Part shown: positions 1 through 14,279 of the stretch, piece by piece | Numbering within the stretch: the stretch's first letter is position 1 | Layout of the letters: each line of letters opens with the position of its first letter | Assembly (NCBI RefSeq): GCF_006345805.1 | Contig: NC_043002.1 | Span: 111,972,001-112,036,000, forward strand | Direction: 5' to 3' | Length of the DNA: 64,000 nucleotides | Source: Octopus sinensis | Lineage: Eukaryota | Program-made: the position numbers and the translations under genes | The notes under the pieces: model-generated | What the model saw: only the letters and a program-made list of their open reading frames with translations | The model's database searches: none | Told to the model about the DNA's origin: nothing

Positions 1-1233
1 ATTGCTGGCATTTATCCACAGTGAATTAAAAAGAGTTACATAAACGATAATACATTTTAATAGCATATTTTTCTCTTAGAAAAAAATTTTTTCTCGCACA
101 CACATACACACACACACAGCTTCGCTTGATTGAGTTGGGGGTAAAAATTTAGATTACAGTTATATTTTTGTTGTTTATATTCCACCAATGGACCACGTGT
201 GTGTTACTTCGGCATCATCATCCCATAAAATGTGTTTAATAAGAAAGAAATATTGAAAAAAATTCAATACATGTCAGAGTGAAAACGGAGGGTGGTTTGG
301 GTTGTGCTAGAAACAACAGCGAAACTTCCCCTGAATTGTTTACCTTTTCCTCTGAAAATATTTATATATTTTTTTACCAAAAAGGCTCCTCCCATGGATT
401 TTATATTAAAAAAGAAAATGGCCAAAATCGATGCGGATGGTTATTATTGTAAGGCTTATAGCGTTCAAAGCAGCCAAAACGACAAAATCACTTAATTATG
501 TTTACAAAAATTATTCCGGTATATTTAAAAAAAATTTCATTCAATAAATAATGTCTTTACATTACATATACATTAATAGAATAAACTGTCGGTTTTCCAA
601 ATAGCGAATTAAAACTTGAAATGAAAACATTGAAATAGAAAGGGAGAGACATTGCAAATGAAAATTGAATACTCCACAGTGAATGCAACGAATATTTAAA
701 TTTGTGAAAAATTGGAGTTCAAAAATTCAATAAAGTTCGTTAATCGAAATTATAGGAAATTTCTTGGAACACGAATTTATAAAATACTTTCCATACTTTT
801 AGTAATTGTTACATACCTAATTAATAAGCAGCTCTCTTCATTATAATGTGGAAGTACTCCGTCGGTTACGACGATGAGGGTTCCGGTTGATCCGAATCAA
901 CAAAACAGCCTGCTCGTGAAATTAACGTGTAAGTGGCTGAGCACTCCACAGACACGTGTACCCTTAACGTAGTTCTCGGGGATATTCAGCGTGACACAGA
1001 GAGTGACAAGGCCGGCCCTTTGAAATACAGGTACAAGAGAAACAGGAAATAAGAGTGAGAGAAAGTTGTGGTGAAAGAGTACAGCAGGGATCACCACCAT
1101 CCCCTGCCGGAGCCTCGTGGAGCTTTAGGTGTTTTCGCTCAATAAACACTCACAACGCCCGGTCTGGGAATCGAAACCGCGATCCTATGACCGCGAGTCC
1201 GCTGCCCTAACCACTGGGCCATTGCGCCTCCAC
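1..1233. repeat. Copy 1 of a tandem segmental duplication (runs off the window start; copy 2 at 2676-3906)
   Basis: 1-1233 aligns by eye with 2676-3906 (ATTGCTGGCATTTATCCACAG... through the SINE) with scattered substitutions and indels. Confidence 0.95.
849..1233 (-). mobile_element. tRNA-derived SINE, family A
   Basis: Minus strand GTGGAGGCGCAATGGCCCAGTGG (A box)...GGTTTCGATTCCC (B box); about 385 bp; many near-identical copies in the window. Confidence 0.9.
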
Positions 1234-2675
1234 TATGATGTTTTAATAAGAATAGTTTCGTTCTCGTTTGAGGTGTGACAACACTGATTTTAATAACGTA
1301 CAAAGCGATGCGACGCAGAAACGCATATGTCCTACGATCCAGTGGCCTAATTTACAATTCCAACTACCAAAACAACCGTTTTCACTCATGTCTAAGAGGA
1401 GCATTGTCTCGTAGGACAATCTCCGCAGCTAACGGTCTTATCACATCCGAAACACGTGTAGGTGTGAAATATGACTGTACAGAAAAATTCTTTTATTCAA
1501 CACTGTTTCGTGCGATATTATATACGCATGCATATGTTTGTGCGTGTGCATGTGTATGGTGTGAGTGTGGCGGCGTATGTGTGGCTGCTAGAAAATCAGC
1601 CAATATTATGCGTACAGAAAGCTACACAAGTACAGGAACATGCTTCCTATAGTGAACTATCTACGCATGCATAAATGGAACACAAGTGTCGCAATAAAAT
1701 AAACACTTTAACAAAAGGACAATAAAAATACTAGAAGTACCACCTCCGGGCGGTTTTCTGATAACCACTTGATAATATTTTCACATTTGATTCCCAGTTC
1801 TAATAATTTTTATATTATTTTGCGTCTATTTTTTTCTTTGTATAATAGTGCTCACTTGCTTATTAAATATTGCTTTCATTATTTTATCACAATCATAATT
1901 TTAAACAAACATCAAAGCAGTCCAACTACGGAGGGAGAAGCAATTTGTCAAGTTTTACTTTCTTCTCAAAGCAGCATAGAGATTTTAATTAAGCAACCCA
2001 GTGAGTGTGAGAAAAAGAGAGAAGAGTGGGAGACAGAGAATATTGCAAACAATGAATAAAATAAACAGTGAATGTTAAAATCGTATAAATAAAAGGACAT
2101 AACTACAGATGGTATGCCCCGCATTTGTTGCCTCATAACATCCAGAAAAATGGATACTTTTTAACGAAATTTTCAACAAATACTGCTTAGATGTTGTGGC
2201 TTCAGCGTATTTAGGGATTTATGGGAAAGAATATTTCCGAGGAGGGCGGAGAGAGAGTTTGAGAAAATTCACGTGATCCGACTTTTTCCATAACTTCCAA
2301 GAACCGAGTATCTTTTAATGAAAGTTTATACAAATACCTTTCAAACGGCATAAATATGATTATAAAGAAATTTACGGCGAAATTTTTCCGAGGGGTGGGG
2401 AGAGGGGTTTCGGTAAAACGGAGTTTCGGATCAGGAAGACCAAATAAGTTATAACTACTGTTGTTTTGGCTGTTGTTTCTAGCAATCCCAAAAACTTCCC
2501 TCCTCGTTTTGTTATCACTCTCGCATGTATTGATGTTTTTCAATATTTTTCCCCATAAATACATTTATATGCTAAAAAAAGAAAATTTGAGAAATTAAGA
2601 ATCTTTTGCAACCCCACTCCCTGCCCATGATTGCTTCTGTTTAGAAATTAAAATATTGGAGAGCCGGAGAAAGTT

Positions 2676-2766
2676 ATTGCTGGCATTTATCCACAGTGAA
2701 TTAAAAAGAGTACGTAAACGATAATACATTTTAATAGCATATTTTTCTCTTATAAAAAAATTTTTT

Positions 2767-2798
<32 letters not shown>

Positions 2799-3906
2799 GC
2801 TTCGCTTGATTGAGGTGGGGGTAAAAATTTAGATTACAGTTATATTTTTGTTGTTTATATTCCACCAATGGACCACGTGTGTGTTACTTCGGCATCATCA
2901 TCCCATAAAATGTGTTTAATAGGAAAGAAATATTGAAAAAAATTCAATACATGTCAGAGTGAAAACGGAGGGTGGTTTGGGTTGTGCTAGAAACAACAGC
3001 GAAACTTCCTCTGAATTGTTTACCTTTTCCTCTGAAAATATTTACGTTTTTTTTTTTTACCTAAAAGACTCCTCCCATGGATTTTATTTTAAAAAAGAAA
3101 ATGGCTAAAATCGGTGCGGATAGTTATTATTGTAAGGCTTATAGCGTTCAAAGTAGCCAAAACGACAAAATCATTTAATTATTTTTACAAAAATTATTCC
3201 GGTATATTTTTTTAAATGTCATTCAATAAATAATGTATTTACATTACATTTACATTAATAGAATAAACTGTCGGTTTTCCAAATAGCGAATTAAAACTTG
3301 AAATGAAAACATTGAAATAGAAAGGGAGAGACTTTGCAAATGAAAATTGAATACTCCACAGTGAATGCAACGAATATTTAAATTTGTGAAAAATTGGAGT
3401 TCAAAAATTCAATAAAGTTCGTTAATCGAAATTATAGGAAATTTCTTGGAACACGAATTTATAAAATACTTTCCATACTTTTAGTAACTGTTACATACCT
3501 AATTAATAAGCAACTCTCTTCATTATAATGTGGAAGCACTCCGTCGGTTACGACGATGAGGGTTCCGGTTGATCCGAATCAACGGAAAAGCCTGCTCGTG
3601 AAAATAACGTGTAAGTGGCTGAGCACTCCACAGCCACTTGTACCCTTAACGTAGTTCTCGGGGATATTCAGCGTGACACAGAGAGTGACAAGGCCGGCCC
3701 TTTGAAATACAGGTACAACAGGAAGTAAGAGTGAGAGAAAGTTGTGGTGAAAGAGTACAGCAGGGATCACCCCCATCCCTGCCGGAGCCTCGTGGAGCTT
3801 TAGGTGTTTTCGCTCAATAAACACTCACAACACCCGGTCTGGGAATCGAAATCGCGATCCTACGACCGCGACTCCGCTGCCCTAACCAATGGGCCATTGC
3901 GCCTCC
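2676..3906. repeat. Copy 2 of the tandem segmental duplication
   Basis: Direct repeat of 1-1233, offset about 2675 bp. Confidence 0.95.
3531..3906 (-). mobile_element. tRNA-derived SINE, family A, with TSD
   Basis: Family A sequence flanked by CTTCATTATAAT at 3518-3529 and 3907-3918. Confidence 0.9.
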
Positions 3907-4092
3907 CTTCATTATAATACAGATATCAAAGCTACAATTAGACTAAAACAACATCGCAGTTCATGTAGACAGGCATGTGATGAACGTAAGGGATCAGTAT
4001 GAAAGGGTACGTTTAATATTACGAATGAATTTATGACATTGGCAGCTCTCTCTATCTCGCGCTCTCTCTCACTCTCACTCTTTCCTTCTCTC

Positions 4093-4137
<45 letters not shown>

Positions 4138-4196
4138 GCGCTCACTCACACACATTCACAAACACACATGCACACACAATTTAATTCAGATGTGGA

Positions 4197-4305
4197 TGGA
4201 AGCACTCCGTCGGTTACGACGACGAGGGGTTCCGGTTGATCCGATTAACGGAACAGCCTGCTCGTGAAATTAACGTGTAAGTGGCTGAGCACTCCACAGA
4301 CACGT
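4197..4305 (-). mobile_element. SINE family A, 3' fragment (5'-truncated)
   Basis: Matches the last ~110 bp of family A; AATTCAGATGT on both flanks. Confidence 0.85.
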
Positions 4306-5259
4306 GAAATTCAGATGTATAAATGAATACACAACACAATCTACTTTTGTAGCGCTAATTATAATTATGACTTTTTTCACGGCTGGGGGGCCACAAATAT
4401 GGTGAGAGCAAGTTAAATTGATTATATAAACCGCAGGCCAGGTCTTGGAGGCCGGAAGGCAGAAAGTAAAGTTGACCTAGTCAGGTTTTCGAATCAAGAA
4501 ATACGAGTTATTGCTGCTGTAATTGTTTATTCCAACTCAGTCATCTTCGAGCAGACCTACAAACTCAAAGTCTTTTGGCTGCAGGGCCCATTCCTTAACT
4601 CTAGTTTTTGTCAAAGTATAAAATTTGTAACTACGAAATTAAATTACTTTAGATTTTAGGGTCAAACGTTTCACGTGTACACCATAATTTTCAATAAGAA
4701 ACTCGATCCTAGAAACATGCAGCCACTATTTATAGTAATTAAGAAATATAATTAGCTAAGCACAATTACTTAGTTGGATCACTGGAGTGGATTTAAAAAA
4801 AGATTGGGTGGTCTAATGAATGTCGAAGCAAAATATTGTCAATTAACTGAAAATTCCCTCTTAATTGGCGAAACAAAACTAAAACCTAGCGGCAATTGCA
4901 AGCAACTCTCAAAGAAAAGGGGAGATAATTTTAGGAAATTAATTACTTTTCCCTAAATTAATTTACATAAGGTAAATGTGTTCATTGCAGGCAAAGGGGT
5001 AACTGTAGACACTTTTTAGACTTATTAGACTCATATCAATTAAGGATAGTTTTTACACATAAAAAAATTTAAATAACGAGGTTTTGAGGTTTGTGTGATT
5101 TGCTCAATTTTTTAATTGAGCAAATCACACAGGTGAACCATTGGCATGACCAAATATTAAATAAGTCAAGGTGAGATGTACAGGGTGGCGTACACAAAAA
5201 TTCTCAGCTATCAGAAAACTTTCTCTAAGCGAGACAAAGAGAACTAAAACTTACAGATA

Positions 5260-5650
5260 ACTCTTTACTCTTTTACTCTTTTACTTGTTTCAGTCATTTG
5301 ACTGCAGCCATGCTGGAGCACCGCCTTTAGTCGAGCAAATCGACCCGGGACTTATTCTTTGTAAGCCCAGTACTTATTCTATCGGTCTCTTTTGCCGAAC
5401 CGCTAAGTGACGGGGACGTAAACACACCAGCATCGGTTGTCAAGCAATGCTAAGGGGACAAACACACACACATACACATATATACATATATACGACAGGC
5501 TTCTTTCAGTTTCCGTCTACCAAATCCACTCACAAGGCATTGGTCGGCCCGGAGCTATAGCAGAAGACACTTGCCCAAGATGCCACGCAGTGGGACTGAA
5601 CCCGGAACCATGTGGCTGGTTAGCAAGCTACTTACCACACAGCCACTCCT
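5260..5650 (-). mobile_element. tRNA-derived SINE, family B (internal (TA)/(TG) tract, (AAGAGTA)n tail)
   Basis: Head GGAGTGGCTGTGTGG...GGGTTCAGTCCC, CCTTGGGCAAG-type central segment, 3' stem-loops and tandem tail; more than 10 copies. Confidence 0.9.
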
Positions 5651-5878
5651 AAGGGCAACCGGGCATTGGGTATTTCAAGAAGACGAAATGAGACAGCTTT
5701 AATTGTCTGATAGCAATAGAGGACTGGAGCTACCAATTTGCATACCATTGGTACTTAGCAGTTTATGTATACCAACTGTATATGCATGTATGTGAGGAGG
5801 TGTCTATGTATTAAGATATATTCTTAGAAAACAGCAAACATCATTAAAAGCATTCAAAACAAAAATAAAAACATTACA

Positions 5879-6600
5879 TAGACGCAGGCGTGGTTGTGTG
5901 GTAACAAGTTTGCTTCCAAACCAAATGGTTCCAGGTTCATTTCCATTGCGTGGCACCTAAGTCATTTGTCTTCTAATATAATCCGCAGGAGGCGCAATGG
6001 CCCAGTGGTTAGGGCAGCGGACTCGCGGTCGTAGGATCGCGGTTTCGATTCCCAGACCGGGCGTTGTGAGTGTTTATTGAGCGAAAACACCTAAAAGCTC
6101 CACGGGGCTCCGGCAGGGGATGGTGGTGATCCCTGCTGTACTCTTTCACCACAACTTTCTCTCACTCTTACTTCCTGTTCTGTTGTACCTGTATTTCAAA
6201 GACCCGCCTTGTCACTCTCTGTGTCACGCTGAATATCCCCGAGAACTACGTTAAGGGTACAGTGTTCTGTGAGTGCTCAGCCACTTACACGTTAATTTCA
6301 CGAGCAGGCTTTTCCGTTGATTCGGATCAACCGGAACCCTCGTCGTCGTAACCGACGGAGTGCTTCCAAATATAACCCGCAGCTGAGAAAAGCCTTGTGC
6401 GCGCGTTTTTGTCCACCACCACAGCTTAACAATTGTCTTGATTAGTTTATACTCCTGTAACTTAGCAATTCGACAAAAGAGTCCGATACAATAAGTACCA
6501 GCCTTAAAGAACTGGAGTCAATTCGTTCGACTAAAAACTCTTCAAGTCGGTGCCCCAGCGTGGTCGCAGTCCAATAACTGAAAGAAGTAAAAGATAAAAG
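5879..6600 (+). mobile_element. Older, diverged family B SINE interrupted by a family A SINE
   Basis: B-like head 5879-5987 and B-like tail 6369-6600 on either side of the nested insertion. Confidence 0.8.
5988..6368 (+). mobile_element. SINE family A nested in a family B copy
   Basis: Full A sequence; TSD-like AATATAA(T/C)CCGCAG on both sides. Confidence 0.9.
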
Positions 6601-6816
6601 ATATCATTTAAATGCTAAAGGACATGCAAATCACCCAGGATGAACGAATCCTCGCAAATTGCTCCATATAGTAAAAACAGAACTATGAAAATAAGTGTTG
6701 CCATTTAAATACTTGAATATAATGGAGAATAGCAGAATTTTTATTTGCAGATTTCTACTTCAATTATTAAACAGCATATTTAAAAATATAACTGCGCAGC
6801 CAACACTTTCTGATAT

Positions 6817-6820
6817 GCAC

Positions 6821-6851
<31 letters not shown>

Positions 6852-6899
6852 CACACACATACATACATACATATATACATACATATACAAACACATACA

Positions 6900-6933
<34 letters not shown>

Positions 6934-7642
6934 CATACATACACAAACACATACATACATACATACACACATACATACATACACACATACATACACACAT
7001 ACATACATACATACACACATACATACATACACACATACATACATGCATACATACATATATACATACACACATACATACACACATACATGCACACACACAT
7101 ACACACATACATACATACATACATACATACATACATACACACATACATACATACATACATACACACATACATACATACATACATACATACATACATACAT
7201 ACACACATACATACATACACACATACATACATACACACATACATACATACATACACACACACATACATACATACACACATACATACATACATACATACAT
7301 ACACACACATACATACATACATACATACATACACACACACATACATACATACATACACATACATACATACATACATACATACACACACACACATACATAC
7401 ATACATACATACATACACACACACATACATACATACACACATACATACACACATACATACATACATACATACATACATACATACACACATACATACACAC
7501 ATACATACATACATGCATACATACACACATACACACATACATACATACACACATACATACACACACATACATACATACATGCATACATACATACATACAT
7601 ACACACATACACACACACATACACACACACACATACACACAC
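6817..7642. repeat. Compound (ACAT)n/(AC)n microsatellite
   Basis: Direct reading. Confidence 0.97.
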
Positions 7643-7884
7643 AGATGTGTGAGTGTATGTGTTAGTGTGTATAGACATCTGCGAGCGTTACGTCTTGCGC
7701 TTTAATACATGTCTATGTAAAAGTATATAAAGCAATGTTCCACCACCCATTACACAGCCAACCAAAGACACAAGTAACGTTTTACCAATAACAATGATTC
7801 TTCAAGACATTTGGTAATGTTGGGTGCTGAAAGTTGTTGGGTAGAATTATCATAGAAGAGTTTTGTGTATCTGTGTATAGTGTG

Positions 7885-7955
7885 CATGTATATGTGTATG
7901 TGCTTGTGTATACATACATATAATATATATATATATATGTTGTGTGTGTGTGTGC

Positions 7956-7998
<43 letters not shown>

Positions 7999-8310
7999 AT
8001 ATAAACATTTATATATATAATATATATATGTGTGTGTATACATATCTATATATATGTATATATATGTATGTATGTATATATATGTATATATATATATATA
8101 CAACATATATATATATATATACATATTATATATATATTATATATATATATATATACACAACATATATATATATATATAATATATATATATAATATATATA
8201 TATATTTATATACATACATGCGTATGTATGCGTGTGTGTAAGTGCATAAATATGTACGTATGTATGTATGTATGTATGTATGCATGTATGTATGTATGTA
8301 TAAATATATG
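7885..8310. repeat. Degenerate (TA)n/(TATG)n microsatellite
   Basis: Direct reading. Confidence 0.9.
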
Positions 8311-8969
8311 TGAAACGTGGAATTGCAATACAAAAACCTAAATAACTCGACTGTTGATACTTTACATTTGACGCAAAACATTCCGTCGAAATTCCTTAAG
8401 TTTACTTCAAAGGGAAGAATCTTTCCCTGCTTAATTCACAACATAAGTACGCTCTTATACACACATACACATATACACGAACATTCTTGCACTTTCACAA
8501 GAATACACACCATTTTGTTCTTTGTTTTGTATTTTTTCTCACTATTCATTCCTTCTTTGCTTCCTCAATCTCTCTCTCTTTCTCCCTACATGTCTCCGTT
8601 TCTCTCCCTACCTCTCTAGCTTCCTTTCTTTCTCCCACTTCCTACTCCTCTAGAATCGTTACCACAGCATAAAATGACAGAAAATAAGAGGAATGCTTGA
8701 TTTAAATTCAGAGCTACACAGATATTACACACGTAAATACGTTGCCCACAGTTGTCATGTGGGATGGATAACCACCAGCTACAAAGATCCAGTTTATACA
8801 ACTTGCAAGAAACATTCTCAAATACAGACCATTTATGATACCATATACAGACACAGGCAAACAGACAAAAGCTCGATCCATCGAGGGAATCTTCATATAG
8901 TCACTCAACTTGCTAAAAATAGCAGTGCAGTCAAATTTGTCTTACTTGTTTTGCTCTTCCTTGGAATGT

Positions 8970-9392
8970 ACTCTTTACTCTTTTTACTCTTTTACTTGTT
9001 TCACTCATTTGACTGCGGCCGTGCTGGAGCACCGCCTTTAGTCGAGCAAATCGACCCGGGACTTAGTCTTTGTAAGCCCAGTACTTATTCTATCGGTCTT
9101 TTTTGCCGAACCGCTAAGTGACGGGGACGTAAACACACCAGCATCGGTTGTCAGGTAATGCTAGGGGGACAAACACAGACACACAAACATATACACACAC
9201 ATACATATATATATATATACATATATACGACAGGCTTCTTTCAGTTTCCGTCTACCAAATCCACTCGCAAGGCTTTGGTCGGCCCGGGGCTATAGCAGAA
9301 GACACTTGCCCAAGGTGCCACACAGTGGGACTGAACCCGGAACCATGTGGTTGGTTACCAAGCTACTTACCACACAGCCACTCCTGCGCCTA
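8970..9392 (-). mobile_element. SINE family B
   Basis: Full-length match to the other B copies. Confidence 0.9.
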
Positions 9393-10105
9393 TAGTAAAA
9401 TATTTTTATAATAATTGTGTCATTTTGATCCAGAAGCATTGTAGGAAGGTGTAAGACTATATGGCGATGAGAGCAATTTGTATGGAGTAACTTTACATTA
9501 AGAAGTGGAACGTACAATTTCCTGTAATTCAGACCGCCTCATGGTCCAAGCAGACTAAATGGAAAAGATGTTGCCTCGGAGAATGGTGAGGAAGATACAG
9601 TCACTCTGACTCACGGGACTCGCACTTGCATATAGCCATCTCCACCCCGACAGCAGTGAGCAGTGATGTGGTCTCACAGCGGAGCCTGGTTCAATGCGTT
9701 CAGCTTAATAGCGACTGTTTGTGCATCGGTTTTTCCTTCAGATCATTGAGCCTCGTGGATGCCGCTACAAAACCCCCTGTGAATTCTTCAGCCTCCAACC
9801 ATTGTCATGCCGTCATTGTGCTGCCGCTTTCCACGCCAGGCTGTACAGTCAAACTCTCATCAAATTTACCAGTAGTGAATTAGAAGAATACTTATTTCAG
9901 CCATCTGACTGCGGCTATGCTGGGGCAACTCCTTGTGAATGTTTTAATAAATGTATTGTTCTCTGGTGTCGAGTGAGATCGAGCAGGTATGAACTTGCCG
10001 AGTTGATAAACTGGTTTTGATTTGTCTTTCTAGGTATTTCCTCGTATATGTTGTTCGCTTATGCTGTTGGCCAGCAGTGGAGTGTCTTCGATTCCTCCTC
10101 TTTTT

Positions 10106-10228
10106 GACCCCAAAGGAATGAAAGGCAAAGTTGACCTCGGCAGAATTTGAATTCAGAACGTAAATACAGGCGAAATATTGCTAAGCATTTCGCCCGCTGT
10201 ACTAACGTTTCTGTCAGCTCGCCGCCTT
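10106..10228 (-). mobile_element. SINE family C (Nin-domain-like), partial
   Basis: Reverse complement of GGCGGCGAGCTG...GCCTTTCATTCCTTTGGGGTC. Confidence 0.8.
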
Positions 10229-10738
10229 TAGGTGGATACAGTATTGATTCAACAATTTATATGATCTATATTTAAATCCGTCAAACACGTGTTTCGTAGT
10301 TCTGGGCAGAACACTTAATCCTACTTGAGTTCATCTGGCTATGGAGGACAAGCACCAAATCGTGTGAAAATGTGTCCTGTAAGAGACTGGCATCTTGTAT
10401 ACAGATTTTTATAACACGAATTTATTTATTTCATTCGTGTGTGAAATAATAACTAGCTTTAAAGTTTGCCGGTTGAGTGAATCACGTTGAAAATAATGAG
10501 AAATACAACAAATCTAAATAAAAGACTGCTGATATCAGAACTTCCAACTAGCCGATATAAACAGCGGAAGAATTGTAATTGACGAGTGTTTCATTAACTA
10601 ATGAGTTCTAATTCTTTCCTGCTTGTAGATTATAGTAGGATAAACCCACCACACACAATTGCTCTACTTGTACCACGCGAAGAGGAATTCTTCCGGTTAT
10701 ACTTCCAATGAGGTGTGTAACTCACTTATTTGGAAAAA

Positions 10739-10967
10739 GGCGGCGAGCTGGCAGAAACGTTAGCGCGCCGGGCGAAATGCTTAGCGGTATTTCGTCTGTC
10801 GTTACGTTCTGAGTTCAAATTCCGCCCAGGTAGACTTTGCCTTTCATCCTTTCGGGGTCGATAAATAAAGTACCAGTTTCGCACTGGGTCGATGTAATCG
10901 ACTTAATCCCTTTGTCTGTCCTTGTTTGTCCCCTCTGTGTTTAGCCCCTTGTGGGCAGTAAAGAAAT
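10739..10967 (+). mobile_element. SINE family C (tRNA-like head plus Nin-like central domain) with TSD
   Basis: GCCTTTCATCCTTTCGGGGTCGATAAATAAAGTACCAG resembles the Nin SINE domain; TATTTGGAAAA on both flanks. Confidence 0.85.
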
Positions 10968-12444
10968 ATATTTGGAAAACAGAATGTTATGTTTCTGGGT
11001 ATTTTTCTGATTTACATAAATTCTTGGACTGATTGAGTAAATTAAATAACCGATCCTCAAAGTTTAGCAGAATTTTCAAAAATGTATGTCACTTTGGAAC
11101 ACTTATTCAAAGACTGAGCGTTCATAAATGTTTCTTGTATTCTGGTGTTTCTTTGATAATATCAGTTAGTCCTTTCTTTCACTACACCTAGATTCTGTTG
11201 GCAAAAACTACATTTTAGGGATTAATTCACCGGCGATACTCTAGCGTCCTCAACGTTCCTAAAACCAGGATTATACACTTGCTTTGCAGCTTTTATGATA
11301 AGTGAAATTGTTGTGTTCTTTTGTAGTGTGTATCCAATCGGCTTGCCAAAAAAAGAAAACCACCCAAATCGTCCTTAAATCACACCAAACCATTTTAGGA
11401 AAAAGGTAAAACAATGGAGAATGTTAGCTTACATACATAATATCTGAAATCAAAGACGCATTGTCGTGGCTGGAATGTCCTTGATCATAAATATGCTCTA
11501 TCAGGGGTAATTAAAGACTAAGCAACAATTCATAGTCGGATTACATTTCTAGCGTAATCAAGATTTGATCATTAATTATATTACTTTACATTGTGAGTCC
11601 AAATCCCGCAGAGGTTAGTTTTGCCTTTCATCTTCCGGGGATCGATAAAATAAAGAATCATCCAAGTACTGAGTCAGTTTGTAATCACATGATACATCAA
11701 ATGTGTTTACACAGAATTTTAAGACTAAAATATGGTCAAACGGAGAACAAAAACTATTCTGTTAATTCTATACACTGAGTTTTGAAAAATTAGAAACGAA
11801 AACTTCTGAGAAGGAATTGCTAAATCAGATGTACTTACTCTGCTTCCCGCTTCTTGGAAACCATTTTATTTCTGCTTATCTTTCTACTTGTTTGTTTATT
11901 CGTTTATTTACTTATTATGCTTACGTTGCTTGCGATTCTGACAATTATTTATAAAGTATTTGGGGAATTCTCATTTAGAAACCACTTCGAATTCCTTAGC
12001 TGTATTTAGGTGAAAATCAGTTACTATGATAGTTTCTTTTATCTTAGAGGGAGGCATATCAATCTTGTTTGAAATATGGAAGAGAAGATGTAAAGAGAAT
12101 GAAAAGAACATTACTGAACAGAATAAAAGAAATAGTTGAAAAAAAAAAACAATCAAGGTAATGGATGCTGTTTTGGAACAGATATTTTTAGGGTGGAACC
12201 CCCAACGGATATAGCGGTTCCTTTTGTCTTCATAAGATTCATCATACCAACAGCGTGTTTAAGACTTGAACGCCATTGCTTCATTCTTCCCATTTCTTTT
12301 TCTCAGCTTCGAACCATTTGTTCAGTATATGATTGCATTCTTCAATTTATTCTTTTCTTTTTGGCAGTGCTGTTTTTAATGTTCTGATTATTCAAAAACC
12401 TATTTAACGTTACTCTACAGCAACGTTAATTAATCTATTTGATA

Positions 12445-12839
12445 CTAGCAGTATCGCCCGGCGTTGCTCGGGTTTGTAAGGGAACAAACTATATAAGCAT
12501 TTTTAGAGAGTTATAGCCAAAAATTAGCAAAAAAATGCATTAAAATGGAAAAAAATGATGGTAAATTTTTTTTTAAATCGTTGACTCATCGTAGAAATTT
12601 TTAGAGAGTTACTTCCCTTATATAATAGCGAAAAAATGCATTAAAATGGAAAAAAATGATGGTAAATTTTTTTTTAATTGTAGACTCATCGTAGACGCGC
12701 GCTAATACCCAGAAGGGCTCGATATGAATCACGACTATAAGATACCCGGTTTTGGTTAAACTGCACCGCAAAATGTGGGAGTAGTTAGGAATCTAAATCG
12801 TAGGAGACAGACACACAACTTCTCATTTATATATAAAGA
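12445..12839 (-). mobile_element. Non-autonomous Helitron (subtype 1)
   Basis: Minus strand 5'-TC...CCCGAGCAACGCCGGG hairpin...CTAG-3' inserted between A and T, no TSD; six copies in the window. Confidence 0.85.
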
Positions 12840-13421
12840 TTATTCTGCTGCCATAGAGGCGAGGAGCGTAAAATATCGCTGTTTTCCCACAATCTGACCT
12901 GATATGGGATTAAGCAACAATAACTAATATAGCGAATTTATTCACTAGGCAGTAAAGGAAACGATGAAGGAGCCTCTGTATAAGCCACTTCAGCTGTTTC
13001 ATGCCGCAGAAAAATCTCTCAAATCACGCCGTATCCTCTTTAAGAAAGTTTATACACATTCAATAATGTAATCCTAGACAAGGTGTCTGGGAAAATATGG
13101 GAGAGCCATAGATGAGACGTCTTTGAACATATTTCTGCTCGATTAGGTTAAGCAATGACTGTATAGTTGTATATATTGCAACACTTGTACACTACATTAC
13201 ACAGAAATCTAACAACAGAAAAATGTTATTTAAAGAATACCATTCACAATTATGTAGACCTGTTGGAGAAAAGTGAAATTTATATTGGCACATAACTACC
13301 GAAAATTGCTTAGTCTATTAAAACAACTCTGGAACTGTGAAAGACAAACTTTGATTTTTCTAAAACTGAATAATGATGACAACACACGTACTTGTACATA
13401 ATGAGCAAAATGAATAATAAT

Positions 13422-13548
13422 ATTGGTTTCAAATTTTGGCACAATGCCAGCATGTTCAGGGGAGGGGATAAGTCCATTACATCGACCCCAGTGCTTGATT
13501 GGTACTTATTTTATCGACTCCGAAAGGATGAAAGGCAAAGTCAACCTT
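13422..13548 (-). mobile_element. SINE family C fragment
   Basis: GGTACTTATTTTATCGACTCCGAAAGGATGAAAGGCAAAG. Confidence 0.75.
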
Positions 13549-13585
13549 TGAATGAAAACCCACATACACACAAAAACATACATCC

Positions 13586-13632
<47 letters not shown>

Positions 13633-14279
13633 TACATACATACATACATACATACATACATACATACATACATACATACATACATACATAGTTGTGGAAA
13701 TCAGCTTCTTAGCAGATGTTAGCATAAAGGTAGCAGATCAGCGAAGAAGAAAGTACCAATCTTGAGAAATTAGGTTTCTCAAAACCAGAAAGGAGACAGT
13801 TGATTGGATGACTTCAGATCCAAGCCATAACTGGAACTGTAGAAATCTGTAAAACTTTCCAGAAGTTTGTCATTTAAATATATGTGCGCATGTCTAAACA
13901 TGCAACTATATGCATGACAATACATTTGTGAAATGAAACCTACAAGTCTACACACGCACTGACTTCAAATACTGCACACATACATAAATTCCTGAAAAAA
14001 TACCTTGTTGATGTCATTGAAATTCTGATGAAGAAGGCTTGGGTCTTGGTTAGAAATCGGCTCTTTCTCTATTGGCGAGAGATCTTGCAATAAAAATAAT
14101 GACATGCATGCATACATACATACATACATACATACATACATACATACATACATACATACATACATACATACAATACATACATACATACATACACACATGT
14201 GCGTGTGAATGTGTTTGTGTTTCTTTGGCAGATTAATTCGTTTCTCTACAACTTTTGTTTGTCGTTTTTGAAATTGAAT

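Noticed and set aside
897-1149. Recurrent ORFs MVVIPAVLFHH and MFIERKHLK (also near 3579, 41389, 48973, 51391)
   Set aside because: Chance ORFs inside family A SINE copies, not a gene family
2100-2675. Possible Helentron/HINE-like non-autonomous element
   Set aside because: Resemblance only; termini could not be defined
5988-6062. tRNA-like A/B box sequence
   Set aside because: SINE head; no proper acceptor stem, and it continues into the SINE body
6695-7705. Long ORFs of 192-336 aa (HTYI/MYVC repeats)
   Set aside because: Translations of an (ACAT)n/(AC)n microsatellite that lacks stops in several frames
9540-9880. Possible LINE endonuclease or 5' fragment on the minus strand
   Set aside because: Only faint motif resemblance; cannot be supported without an alignment
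10610-10716. Plus-strand acceptor/donor pair suggesting an 83-nt exon
   Set aside because: All three frames contain stops and there is no recognisable homology
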